Origin: an uncultured beta proteobacterium
GTDB lineage: Bacteria; Pseudomonadota; Gammaproteobacteria; Burkholderiales; JAEUMW01
Assembly: GCA_963747225.1 (NCBI GenBank)
Contig: CAVVES010000020.1
Span: 34,967 to 98,966, forward strand
Reading direction: 5' to 3'
Length of the DNA: 64,000 bases
The position numbers and the translations under genes are program-made. The notes below the pieces were generated by a model. The model did not search any database and was not told the origin of the DNA. It was given only the letters and a program-made list of their open reading frames with translations. Positions within the stretch are counted from its first letter, which is position 1. Each line of letters opens with the position of its first letter. This document shows, piece after piece, positions 36,264 to 45,900 of the stretch.

Positions 36264-36784
36264 CCCGATTCGCCATTCCCCTCATCGCCTTCGTGGTCCT
36301 CGTCGGATTTCTCCTCGTCGGCCTCAACCTCGATCCGCGCGAAGTCCCCTCGCCCCTCATCGACAAGCCTGCGCCATCGATTCAACTCACGCAGCTGCAC
36401 GCACCGGAGAAGGCGTTCTCGCTGGCAGACATGAGAGGCCGGGTGTGGCTGCTCAACGTGTGGGCGTCGTGGTGCGTCTCCTGTCGTGACGAGCATCCGT
36501 TCCTGCTGGAGCTCGCGAAGCAGAATGTCGTTCCGATCGTTGGGCTCAACTACAAGGACAAACGCGACGACGCGATGAAGTGGCTCACCCAGTTCGGCAA
36601 TCCCTATCAGCTCAGCGTCGTCGATGCGGACGGACGCACCGGGATCGACTTCGGGGTGTACGGCGTGCCCGAAACCTTCGTCATCGACCGGAGCGGCGTC
36701 ATCCGCTACAAGCAGATCGGCCCGCTCAACGCAGAGAAGTGGCAGCAGACCATCCTGCCTCTCGTGAAGAAGCTCTCGGCGTGA
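36260..36784 (+). CDS. ccmG: thiol:disulfide oxidoreductase CcmG/DsbE
   Basis: This is the 174-aa tail of track ORF 35237..36784. The GTG start overlaps the ccmF stop (GTGA). Active site WASWCVSC and GVYGVPETF. Confidence 0.9.
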   Translation: MTRFAIPLIAFVVLVGFLLVGLNLDPREVPSPLIDKPAPSIQLTQLHAPEKAFSLADMRGRVWLLNVWASWCVSCRDEHPFLLELAKQNVVPIVGLNYKDKRDDAMKWLTQFGNPYQLSVVDADGRTGIDFGVYGVPETFVIDRSGVIRYKQIGPLNAEKWQQTILPLVKKLSA

Positions 36785-37260
36785 CCCGCGCCGTCCTCCT
36801 GCTCGTTGCGCTGTGGATGCTGACGGGGCTTGCCGCGCTGGCAGCGGACGCGCCACCCGCGGCTGACAATCCAGTCATCGAAGCGCGGCTGCATCGACTC
36901 TCGAACGAGCTGCGCTGCCTCGTCTGCCAGAACGAGACCCTTGCGGAATCGCGCGCCGATCTCGCAAACGACCTGCGCCGCGAGATCCGCGAAATGATGA
37001 AAGCGGGAAAGAGCGACCGCGAGATCAAGGAATTCCTCGTGGCCCGCTACGGCGACTTCGTGCTCTACCGACCTCCGGTAAAATCCACCACGCTCGTGCT
37101 CTGGGTCGGTCCATTCGCGCTCCTCGCGATCGGCGTCGCCATGTGGTTCGTGCTGCTCAGACGCCGCCAGCGTCGCGCGCCGGACGCGCCGCTCACCGCC
37201 GAGGAGCAGGACCGCGCTGCCGTGTTGCTCGAAACGGATCGTCCCCGGAATCCATCTTGA
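36781..37260 (+). CDS. ccmH: cytochrome c biogenesis protein CcmH (CycL)
   Basis: This is the 159-aa tail of track ORF 36580..37260. The GTG start overlaps the ccmG stop. LRCLVCQNETLAES motif. Confidence 0.88.
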   Translation: MTRAVLLLVALWMLTGLAALAADAPPAADNPVIEARLHRLSNELRCLVCQNETLAESRADLANDLRREIREMMKAGKSDREIKEFLVARYGDFVLYRPPVKSTTLVLWVGPFALLAIGVAMWFVLLRRRQRRAPDAPLTAEEQDRAAVLLETDRPRNPS

Positions 37261-38507
37261 CCCTCTTCGTCGCTGTCTGCGCGATCCTCGTCGTGATCGC
37301 CCTGCTCTTTGCGCTGCCGCCTTTCCTGCGCGCTCCGAAAGCCACACCCGACACGGATCGCGCGCAGGCCAACGTCGACATCTACCGCGAACAGCTCCGC
37401 GACCTGGAGCGGGATTTCGCCGCTGGCGCCCTCGCGCGCGAACAATACGAGCGGGACCGGCAGGAGCTGTCGCGGCGCATGCTCGAAGACGTGCAGACGG
37501 GGACCAGCGCACCGATTGCTGCAAGCGGCAGCACGACGCGCATCCTTCCCGCAATCCTGATCGCTGCCCTCTTTCCGATCGTTGCCGTGCTTCTCTACAT
37601 GCAGATCGGCGCGCCGTCCGCACTCGATCCGCAGACGCTCAAAGCGGCGGCGCCACATAAGGGTCAGCAGTTCACGCGTGAAGAGATTGAACAGATGGTG
37701 GCGCTCCTCGCGGAGCGGATGAAGAAAGAGCCGGACAACCTCGAAGGCTGGACATTGCTCGGACGCTCGTACGCGGCGATGGGCCGCTATGCGGATGCCG
37801 CAGCTGCGCTGCGGCACGCAATCCGGCTCAAGGCGAACGATCCCGATCTGCTGGCTGACTATGCCGACACCCTCGCCATGGCAAGTGGAGAGAAGCTTGA
37901 CGGCGAGCCGCTGAAACTCATCGACCAGGCGCTCGCCATCGATCCTGATCATCAGAAATCCCTCGCCCTGGCGGGAACGGGTGCGTTCGAGCGCGGCGAC
38001 TTTGCCGGCGCGGTGACCTACTGGGAACGGCTGCTGAAGACCCTGCCGCCGGAATCGGAAGGCGCGCGCGCGATCCAGGCGAGCATCGACGAAGCGCGCC
38101 AGCAAGCGGGCGGAAAAGTGCCGGAGGCGGCGGAGGCGGCGCGCGGTGCTCCGACCGGTACGGCGGGCAGGATCGCGGGGGTCGTCACGCTGGCGCCGAC
38201 CCTCGCCGGCAAGGCTGCACCCGACGACACGCTCTTTGTCTACGCACGCGCCTTGCAAGGGCCGCCCATGCCGCTCGCCGTGCAGCGCTTCAAGGCGAGG
38301 GACCTGCCAGCGAGCTTCAGTCTCGACGACTCGATGGCGATGGCGCCAGAGATGAAGCTTTCGAAGCACCAGAACGTGATGGTGCTCGCGCGCATCTCGA
38401 AATCGGGCAACGCGATGCCTCAGAGCGGAGATCTGCAGGGCACTACCGGTCCGGTGCCGGTCGGGGGCTCCGCCGTCAACATCGTCATCGATCGCGTTGT
38501 GCCGTGA
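37257..38507 (+). CDS. ccmI: cytochrome c biogenesis TPR protein CcmI (CycH)
   Basis: Track ORF 37143..38507. The probable TTG start at 37257 overlaps the ccmH stop (TTGA). An N-terminal TM helix is followed by TPR repeats (GWTLLGRSYAAMGRYADAAAALRHA..). Confidence 0.82.
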   Translation: MTLFVAVCAILVVIALLFALPPFLRAPKATPDTDRAQANVDIYREQLRDLERDFAAGALAREQYERDRQELSRRMLEDVQTGTSAPIAASGSTTRILPAILIAALFPIVAVLLYMQIGAPSALDPQTLKAAAPHKGQQFTREEIEQMVALLAERMKKEPDNLEGWTLLGRSYAAMGRYADAAAALRHAIRLKANDPDLLADYADTLAMASGEKLDGEPLKLIDQALAIDPDHQKSLALAGTGAFERGDFAGAVTYWERLLKTLPPESEGARAIQASIDEARQQAGGKVPEAAEAARGAPTGTAGRIAGVVTLAPTLAGKAAPDDTLFVYARALQGPPMPLAVQRFKARDLPASFSLDDSMAMAPEMKLSKHQNVMVLARISKSGNAMPQSGDLQGTTGPVPVGGSAVNIVIDRVVP

Positions 38508-38629
38508 CTGCGGCCGCGCCTGAATAGATTGCCTGAGCCGGTGCGCCGCGACGATCCGCCCGCGACGACGCTCTCCGCGGTACAGTAGCATCCGCGTTTT
38601 TCAAGCATCCCCGCGCGGCACCGAAGCCG

Positions 38630-40699
38630 ATGTCGCCCCCACCCCAAACTTCATTGTCGGAGGACGCTGCCGTGGCCGACTATTCCCAACCGAAGAAGAC
38701 CTGCGATCTCGTGATGAAAGGCGGCGTGACGAGTGGACTCGTCTACCCGCGGGCGGCGTTGCAGCTCGCCGAGACATACAGCTTCAAATGCATCGGCGGA
38801 ACTTCCGCCGGAGCGGTCGCCGCCGCGTTCACGGCCGCCGCGGAATACAACCGTCACGGGGGTGGCTTCGATCGCCTCGATGAGCTCAATCGCGAGCTGC
38901 AGGAGGGGGACAAACTGAGTTCCCTCTTTCAGCCCTCGAACGCGACCCGTCCGGCGCTCAACCTGTTTCTGGGGATCCCCCAGTATCGGAAAGACGCGAT
39001 CAAGCTCTCCGGGAAGGGATTGTTGGGCAAGCTCATGGGAACCGTTTGCCTCGTATCGAGAGTTCTCAAGGAGATCGGCGTCCCGGGATTGTCAACGGGA
39101 CGTATCAAGGGCGCGCTCGTCGGCGTCGCCGCTGCCATTGTCCTCTGCGTCGCGATCTCGCTCGTCGCGTGGATGCTCGGAGCGGTCACGCCGCTTCGCA
39201 CGCTGGTCTCTGCGGCTGTCGTTCTGGGGCTCCTGCTCGGTGTCGTCGGTTGGGTGGCGGGCGGCCTCGGCCGCGGCCTTTCCGCTCTCTACGACATCAT
39301 CGTCAACGAGCTGCCGGCGAACCACTTCGGCATCTGCAACGGCCTCCGGCCCAAGGGCGCGCCGCAGCAGCCGGAAGCAGTGACCGAGTGGCTGCACCGT
39401 CAGGTCCAGCGCATCGCGGGAAGGTCCGTCGGCGATCCGCCGCTCACCATCGGTGAGCTCGAGAAACAGGGTATCGAGCTGAAGACCGTCACCACCAACC
39501 TCAACCTTGGACGGCCCTATGTTCTGCCGTTCGCCGAAACCAGCGACTCGCAGAACCGCGGCGCCGATGCTGCCGCCAGCGCGCGCTTCCTTTTTCGCAG
39601 GCAGGACATGGAAGCGCTGTTCCCCGAGGAAATCGTCGACCATCTCGTGAAGCGCGCGTTTCCACCCGGCGGCTGGAGGCTTCCGAAGGATTTTCATTTC
39701 CTGCCAGCCGAGTGCGATTTGCCGGCAACCGTCGCGGCACGGATGAGCATGAGCTTTCCGCTCTTCTTCAGCTCGATACCGCTCTTTCAGCTGCCGCGGC
39801 GGATGGTCGAGGCCGCCGCCGCTTGCGCACTGGAAAAAGAGGATCTCATTCCGAGCTGGTTCAGCGACGGCGGAATTGCCAGCAACTTCCCCATCCATTT
39901 CTTCGATGCATGGATCCCGAGCCGGCCGACCTTCGGCATCACGCTGCGCTACCTTCCCGAGGAAGTGGCGGCTGGAAAGGGACGTCACGACAGCGCGGCA
40001 CGCCACTACTACGATGCGCTAGGCGAGCGCGGCGCGAAGACTGCACCAACGCCCATTGCGCGGGATGCGCACACCGTGCCGGGACCGGAAGCGGTCAAGG
40101 ACGTGTGGCTGCCGCAGCCCGGCGAGCGCGTTGCGCCAGACTGGACACCGCTGCGCGAACCGACATCCACGGCGCACGGCACACTCGGTGAAGTCTGGAA
40201 TTTCCTGTGGTCCGTGTTCGATACTGCACAGAACTACCGGGACAACATGCAGGCCGAGCTGCCGAGTTATGCGGACCGGGTCGTCCAGGTCCGGCTCGAA
40301 CCCAACGAAGGCGGCTTCAATCTCAAGATGCCCCGCGAAACTATCGCGAAGGTGGTGGGCAAGGGCAACGACGCGGGAACGCTCGTTCTCCACGAGTTCG
40401 GTTTCGATCAGCACCAGTGGGTGCGTTTTCGCATGCTCACCGAACAGCTCGACGAAGCGTTCAGTGGATTGCTCGAGCACGAAACCAGCAAGGCGATCGA
40501 CCTCGACAAACTGCATGAGCTTCAGCTGAGCGCCGAGCCGCATTATCACTGGAGGCTATACCCGAAGTCGGTCTCCGACGCCTCGGTTGAGCGCGTTGCA
40601 CTGTTCACGGATTTCATGAAGAAGTGGATCAACCCCAAACTCTCCGATCTCGGCCCAGGCGATGCGCTCGCGCGGCTCCGGATTACGCCGCGGATTTAG
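38630..40699 (+). CDS. patatin-like phospholipase with inserted TM hairpin and large C-terminal domain
   Basis: 689 aa. Oxyanion box MKGGVTSG, nucleophile GGTSAG (GxSxG), catalytic Asp box FSDGGIASNFP. A hydrophobic segment lies at ~aa 160-215, between the Ser and Asp motifs. Confidence 0.85.
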   Translation: MSPPPQTSLSEDAAVADYSQPKKTCDLVMKGGVTSGLVYPRAALQLAETYSFKCIGGTSAGAVAAAFTAAAEYNRHGGGFDRLDELNRELQEGDKLSSLFQPSNATRPALNLFLGIPQYRKDAIKLSGKGLLGKLMGTVCLVSRVLKEIGVPGLSTGRIKGALVGVAAAIVLCVAISLVAWMLGAVTPLRTLVSAAVVLGLLLGVVGWVAGGLGRGLSALYDIIVNELPANHFGICNGLRPKGAPQQPEAVTEWLHRQVQRIAGRSVGDPPLTIGELEKQGIELKTVTTNLNLGRPYVLPFAETSDSQNRGADAAASARFLFRRQDMEALFPEEIVDHLVKRAFPPGGWRLPKDFHFLPAECDLPATVAARMSMSFPLFFSSIPLFQLPRRMVEAAAACALEKEDLIPSWFSDGGIASNFPIHFFDAWIPSRPTFGITLRYLPEEVAAGKGRHDSAARHYYDALGERGAKTAPTPIARDAHTVPGPEAVKDVWLPQPGERVAPDWTPLREPTSTAHGTLGEVWNFLWSVFDTAQNYRDNMQAELPSYADRVVQVRLEPNEGGFNLKMPRETIAKVVGKGNDAGTLVLHEFGFDQHQWVRFRMLTEQLDEAFSGLLEHETSKAIDLDKLHELQLSAEPHYHWRLYPKSVSDASVERVALFTDFMKKWINPKLSDLGPGDALARLRITPRI

Positions 40700-40830
40700 C
40701 AGCGTCGCAGGTCGCAGTTCAGCGACGGCTGCGTCCGGTCGCCATGCACGAAGGTAGAGGTTGGCCGCTGCGGCTCCCGCGCCGATGTCCGATCCTGTTC
40801 GTCGCCGACGGTCGCCCCGATCCGCCCTCA

Positions 40831-41598
40831 TCACGGCGCGCGCAAGGATTGAGCAAGGCTCAACAGGTTCTGCGGGCTCACGCGGATGACGCCCCCGCGC
40901 GGGCTATCGAGATCCGCGATGAGATAGAACGCGATGGCTATAAGAAATGGCAGAACGAGGAGCAGCCTGGTTTCCGCCCTGGCGTTTCTCGCGCCGAACC
41001 CGACCATAGCGATGGCGCAGAGGGCGATCGCTGCCATGAGACTCCATGCGGCGACCGGGATCCGATTCCGCCACGCCGCCTGCGTGTAACCCTGCGAGTT
41101 CAGCACGTCGTTCATGCCTGCCACCGCCAGCGCGATGACAGGGGATGGTTGTGCGACGGCCGGACCGCGGACGGCCGCCCACAACCGAGCCTGCAAATCC
41201 GCAGTGGTGGCATTGGTCTGCCGCAGCTGTTGGTCGTCGCGGGTGCTGTAGAACGCGATACGCTGATCCAGGTAGTTCAGTAGCAGCGCCTTCACTCTGG
41301 CCGCATCGGCTGCAGGCGGCAGCTCGGCCCGGAGGTACGCCGTGCCGATGGCGTTGGTTTCCTCTTCCTCGAGGTTCTTGCGCTGATCGTATCGACCCAG
41401 CGCCATCGAAAAGCTGAATCCGACAATGAGCGCAAGCAGGGTCAGCGTCGCAGCCTGGATCACGCCGAAATCGTCGCGTACCCCGGCTTCGTCGGCCGGC
41501 CATCTCTTCGCGATCAGCACCCCGATCCACGCCGCGAGCGCGAGGCCGAAAAAGGACAGCACGAACACGAGCACCGGATAGTCCATTACGTTCCCCAT
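40831..41598 (-). CDS. hypothetical membrane protein (DUF4239-like)
   Basis: 255-aa ORF with TM helices at both ends (PVLVFVLSFFGLALAAWIGVLI; LLLVLPFLIAIAFYLIADL). The family call is from memory. Confidence 0.55.
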   Translation of the reverse strand: MGNVMDYPVLVFVLSFFGLALAAWIGVLIAKRWPADEAGVRDDFGVIQAATLTLLALIVGFSFSMALGRYDQRKNLEEEETNAIGTAYLRAELPPAADAARVKALLLNYLDQRIAFYSTRDDQQLRQTNATTADLQARLWAAVRGPAVAQPSPVIALAVAGMNDVLNSQGYTQAAWRNRIPVAAWSLMAAIALCAIAMVGFGARNARAETRLLLVLPFLIAIAFYLIADLDSPRGGVIRVSPQNLLSLAQSLRAP

Positions 41599-41772
41599 TC
41601 CGTCGTTTCTCTCTGCATGCGAGGCCCGCCATCCCCCGGATCAAGTTCCCAATGCGGGGATCAGCTCCCGATACGGGAAGCGTAGCATGGCCGCGCCGCA
41701 CCACCGGCCCCCCGCAACCCTGTCCGATCCCTGGATCGCCTGCGGGACATTGACGATACCCCTCTATCCGGA

Positions 41773-41790
41773 TAAGACTCGGTTGTCTTA
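41773..41790. promoter_or_regulatory. candidate TetR operator palindrome
   Basis: TAAGAC-TCGGTT-GTCTTA is a perfect 6-bp inverted repeat ending 19 nt upstream of the TetR ATG at 41809. Confidence 0.4.
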
Positions 41791-41808
41791 CCAACCAACA
41801 CAGACTTC

Positions 41809-42355
41809 ATGCAAGACCGAAGGCAGCAGATCATCGAAGCCGGCCTCGCCACGCTACGCGAATACGGCTTCACCGGACTCACCCAGCCGCGAGTGGCAGC
41901 GCGCGCGGGCCTCCGTCAAAGCCATCTGACCTACTACTTTCCGACCCGCGTCGATCTCTTGACCGCCGCAGCTCGCTCGGCCATCGACCGTCAACTTGCG
42001 GCGGTGGACCTCGTGCTGAAGGGAAACGCATCCCAGGCTGCCGACGCGATCGCAAAAGTCGCCGTCCGTCACGAGAACACGCGGGTGATGATGGCTCTCG
42101 CCCAGGCAGCCGACGAGGAGCCCGCGTTGCGAGAGCTGTTCCGTGAGTTGGCCGACGGAATCGTGGCACGCTCGAACACCTTCCTGAAGACTCTGAACGG
42201 CGCGTCAACCGAGGAACACGCCCGTCTCCTTCACGCGCTCTCGGTCGGGCTTGCAGTCGTCGATCTCGCGAACGTCGCGGCCCGACAGCGCCAAGTGCTC
42301 CGCGGCCGTCCTTGCCACCGCTCTCAAGCTCATCGCATCCTCGAAGAAGCGCTGA
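41809..42355 (+). pseudogene. TetR/AcrR family regulator with an apparent frameshift near the C-terminus
   Basis: N-terminal HTH GFTGLTQPRVAARAGLRQSHLTYYF. After ..GLAVVDLA (~42275) a plausible C-terminus (SRPDSAKCSAAVLATALKLIASSKKR*) continues in another frame. In the track frame the ORF instead runs on into the next gene. Confidence 0.6.
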
Positions 42356-42396
42356 GGATCGTACTATTCACCACGACTTTTTCGGAGAAACGCGAA

Positions 42397-43864
42397 ATGA
42401 CAAACCCGGTACTCATCGTCGGCGCGGGCCCTGTCGGCCTTACCGTGGCCAGCGAGCTGGCGCGCTTCGGAGTAGCCGTCCGCATCGTCGACAAGGCAGC
42501 GCAGCGCACTGACAAATCCAAGGCTCTGGTGCTGTGGAGCCGAACCCTTGAACTGCTCGATCGCGGTGAAGGTTCCGCGCCATTCATCGACGCGGGTTCA
42601 AGGCACATGGGGTGAACTTCGTCGCCGGCGGCGGAAAGCTGATCGGGCACGTCGACATGGACGGCGTGCAAAGTCCCTACCCCTACGCGCTGATGCTTCC
42701 GCAGTCCGATACCGAGAGATTGCTCGAGGAACGGCTGAACAAGCTGGGTGTCGTGGTCGAGCGCCAAGTCGAGGTCGTCCGCTTCACGCATGGCGAAGCC
42801 GGCGTCAAAGCGCTGCTTCGTCACCACGACGGAGGCGAGGAGAACGTCTCGGCCGACTGGCTCCTGGGGTGCGATGGCGCGCACAGCATCGTTCGCAACA
42901 GCCTTGGTGTGAACTCGCCGGCGAGACCCTGGATAGTGACTGGATGCTGGCGGATGTCCACATGCGCGGCTATCCGTTCCCGGACAGCGAAACGTCCGTC
43001 TATTGGCACGAGGACGGTGTCTTCGTAATCTTCCCGATCTCGCCTGGTCGCTATCGCGTGGTCGCCAACCTGCCGTCGATTGAGGGCGAGCATCCCCCGG
43101 CGCCCACGCTGGAGCAGGCACAGGCGATCATCGATCGCAGAGGTCCTCCGGGTCTCACCGCTTTCGACCCGATCTGGCTTGCGGGCTTCCGCATCAACGA
43201 CCGCAAGGTCGCGAACTATCGCCACGGCCGCGTCTTTCTCCTCGGCGACGCCGCGCACATTCACAGCCCCGCAGGCGGACAGGGCATGAACACCGGCATG
43301 CAGGACGCCTTCAATCTTGCGTGGAAGCTGGCGCTGGTCATTCGCGGGGCGTGTGGGGATCGCCTGCTCGAGAGCTACAGCGCCGAACGCAGCAAGGTCG
43401 GCGACGAAGTGCTCAAACAGGCTGGCAGGCTGACGGCAATGGGCACGCTGAGGAGCCCTGTGGGGCAGAGCATCCGCAATTTCCTGGGTCACTTGCTGTT
43501 CGGCCTTGCACCCGTTCAGCACGCGTTCGCGGATTCGATGACGGAGGTCGCAATCGGCTATCCGGAGAGCCCGTTGAACGGCCCCGGCGTGCACGGAACG
43601 GGACCGAAACCGGGCGAGCGCGTCGTCCCCGTCAGCGGTCAGTCTCCGATCGGATCGGGCAGCACGCCGCGCTTCGCGCTATTCGCGGAGCGCAATGCAG
43701 CGATCGCCGATCTGCGCAAGCGGTTCGACAGGCTCCTCGAACACGACATCAGGCCGCCACTGCGTGAGGGATTTATCTGGCTCGTCAGACCCGATGGTTA
43801 CGCAGTGTGTTCTGCGAGCGATCCAGCAACGATCGCCGACTATCTGCACGGGCTCGCCAGTTGA
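42397..43864 (+). pseudogene. FAD-dependent aromatic-ring monooxygenase (PheA/TfdB-like), two frameshifts
   Basis: MTNPVLIVGAGPVGLTVASELARFGVAVRIVDK (GxGxxG), with frame changes at ~42605 and ~42905. Then ..GRVFLLGDAAHIHSPAGGQGMNTGMQDAFNLAWKLA. Stitched from ORFs 41809..42615, 42612..43028 and 42548..43864. Confidence 0.8.
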
Positions 43865-43907
43865 AATCCAGCGTCCCGCGGTCTCTTGCACATCGCCCGC
43901 ACGAGGT

Positions 43908-44960
43908 TCACGCGCCTTCGTCGCGCGGGGATGATTCGTCTTTCTTGCCATCGGCCGCCGGTTTCATGAGCGCGAAATACGCATAGAGATCGCCCGAGTA
44001 CTCGTAGGATTCCTTGGGGATGAGCGACACGTACAACGGCCGAAAGCCGATTCGCTCCGCAAGCTCCCAGAATTCCTCGATGCGAAACGATGTGAAGCGG
44101 GAGGAATGCCGATAGTAATCCACTCGTTGCTGCCTGCTGCGTTCCGAACCCTCGTCGTAGCGAATCTGAATGAGCGCGAGCCCCGCCGGGGCCAGCAGTT
44201 CATAGGCTAGCCGGGTGATGCGCTCGCAATACTGCTTGCCCGGCAGCAGTTCGTACACGTAGGTACACAGGAAAAAATCATAGGACGTGTCGAGGAGCGT
44301 ACGCACCTGCTCCGGGTTCTCGGAAGGCACGAGCACCGGCCGGAAACCGTGAAAATTCGCACGCGCAAGCACGCGGCCGCATTCATCGAGATTGGCCTGT
44401 GAAATCTCCACCCCGCAGAACTCGCGAACGTCGTCCACGAAATGGATCGCGTTGGCGCCGCCTCCACATCCCCACTCGATCGCTTTGCCCAGAGGACGGT
44501 GCACGGAGGCGTACCGGCAGAGTTTCTCGAACATCTCGAAATGCACACGCCCGATGGCGCGCCAGCGATCCCGGTCCTGCCACGGCCCCGCGCCTTCCCA
44601 GTGGGAGTAATCCTTGAGGTCGATTCCCGCCTTGTCTCCTTCGTTCCAGTAATCCTGCGCGACGCGCGCCAACTCCTCCTCCGACTGGCCGCGTCCGAGG
44701 ATACGCAGGCCGAGAAAGCGGACCCGGTCGCTGCAATACCTGCCGACTCCCGTCCAACCTCTGGCTGCATGCGCGAGTCTCAAGTGGGAAGCAGTGCGGC
44801 GCATCGGATAGGTGTGCTTCGCGACCTGTGCGTACAGCCCTCGCCCCAGCAGCGCCATCACACCGCCAAGCTGGCCGCGGCTCCACTCGCGCTTCAGGGT
44901 ATTCCGTTGCCTGGAAAACATCGGTGAGGTTCGACTCGAGTGTGATGGTGTCCGAACCAT
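43908..44960 (-). CDS. SAM-dependent methyltransferase
   Basis: This is the C-terminal ~350 aa of track ORF 43908..45476, with motif I AIEWGCGGGANAIHF. The ATG at 44960 shares one base with the upstream esterase stop. Met 44921 is an alternative start. Confidence 0.68.
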   Translation of the reverse strand: MVRTPSHSSRTSPMFSRQRNTLKREWSRGQLGGVMALLGRGLYAQVAKHTYPMRRTASHLRLAHAARGWTGVGRYCSDRVRFLGLRILGRGQSEEELARVAQDYWNEGDKAGIDLKDYSHWEGAGPWQDRDRWRAIGRVHFEMFEKLCRYASVHRPLGKAIEWGCGGGANAIHFVDDVREFCGVEISQANLDECGRVLARANFHGFRPVLVPSENPEQVRTLLDTSYDFFLCTYVYELLPGKQYCERITRLAYELLAPAGLALIQIRYDEGSERSRQQRVDYYRHSSRFTSFRIEEFWELAERIGFRPLYVSLIPKESYEYSGDLYAYFALMKPAADGKKDESSPRDEGA

Positions 44961-45883
44961 CAGTTCACCGCGCGTGCGATGTCGTCCATGGCGGACTGTG
45001 CCTCCAGAACGAGACCACGCATCTGCAGAAAGCCGTGCACCATTCCTGCGTAGCAGACGTACCGCGCGGCGACGCCCGCCGCCTGGAGGCGCTCGGCGTA
45101 CGCCTGGGCCTCGTCGCGCAATGTATCGTATTCGGCAGTGATGATGAGGGCGGGCGGCAACCCGGACAGATCGTCGGCAAAGATCGGAGACACCTGGGGA
45201 TCTCTCGGGCTGCGTCGATCGCCGCAGTAAGTCTTGTAATACCAGGCGAGATCCTCGCGCGGCACGAGACACTCGGATGCAGGCAGCGCGATGGAGGGAA
45301 ACGAAAGCGTGAAGTCGATCACCGGCTGCAGCAACACCTGGTGGCGAATCGCCACCTGCGGGTTCGATCGCGCAAGAAGACAAACGACCGCAGCGAGATT
45401 CCCGCCGGCGCTTTCGCCGCACACAACCACGGAACCCGGTGCGCCGCCGAGTTCGGCAGCATGCTCGCAGGCCCATGCGGTTGCGGCGAATGCGTCGTCG
45501 CGAGCCGCGGGAAACGGGTGCTCCGGCGCGAGGCGATACGCAACCGAGAGCACCACGTGCGAAGTGGTGCGAGCAAGACTGCGGCAGAAGGCATCGGTCT
45601 CTTCGATCCCGCCTTTTACGTATCCGCCGCCGTGGAAGTACAGCATGATCGGCAGGCGCCCGTCGCGCTCCGGGGTGTAGATGCGCACCGGTATGCGACT
45701 ATCCGGACCCGGTACCGAAATGTCTTCGATGCGCCTTACGGATAACGGATCTCCGGTAAGGGCGGGGGTCCAGAGCTCCCGGAATGCCTCGCGCACTTCC
45801 GCTATCGGAAGAGCCCACTGGGGCGCACGCGCGTGTTCGAGCTTGTTCTGGATAAGCCGCTCGAGCGCCGGATGAAGTGGCAT
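44960..45883 (-). CDS. alpha/beta hydrolase fold-3 esterase/lipase (HSL family)
   Basis: Track ORF 44960..45928; preferred start is MPLHPALERL at 45883. Oxyanion motif FHGGGY and nucleophile GESAGGNL. Confidence 0.85.
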   Translation of the reverse strand: MPLHPALERLIQNKLEHARAPQWALPIAEVREAFRELWTPALTGDPLSVRRIEDISVPGPDSRIPVRIYTPERDGRLPIMLYFHGGGYVKGGIEETDAFCRSLARTTSHVVLSVAYRLAPEHPFPAARDDAFAATAWACEHAAELGGAPGSVVVCGESAGGNLAAVVCLLARSNPQVAIRHQVLLQPVIDFTLSFPSIALPASECLVPREDLAWYYKTYCGDRRSPRDPQVSPIFADDLSGLPPALIITAEYDTLRDEAQAYAERLQAAGVAARYVCYAGMVHGFLQMRGLVLEAQSAMDDIARAVN

Positions 45884-45900
45884 CGTTCCCGTCCCCCGGT

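Noticed and set aside
41809-42615. A TetR-monooxygenase fusion protein.
   Set aside because: A normal TetR C-terminus with a stop is present in the adjacent frame. The fusion is best explained by a single-base indel near 42275.
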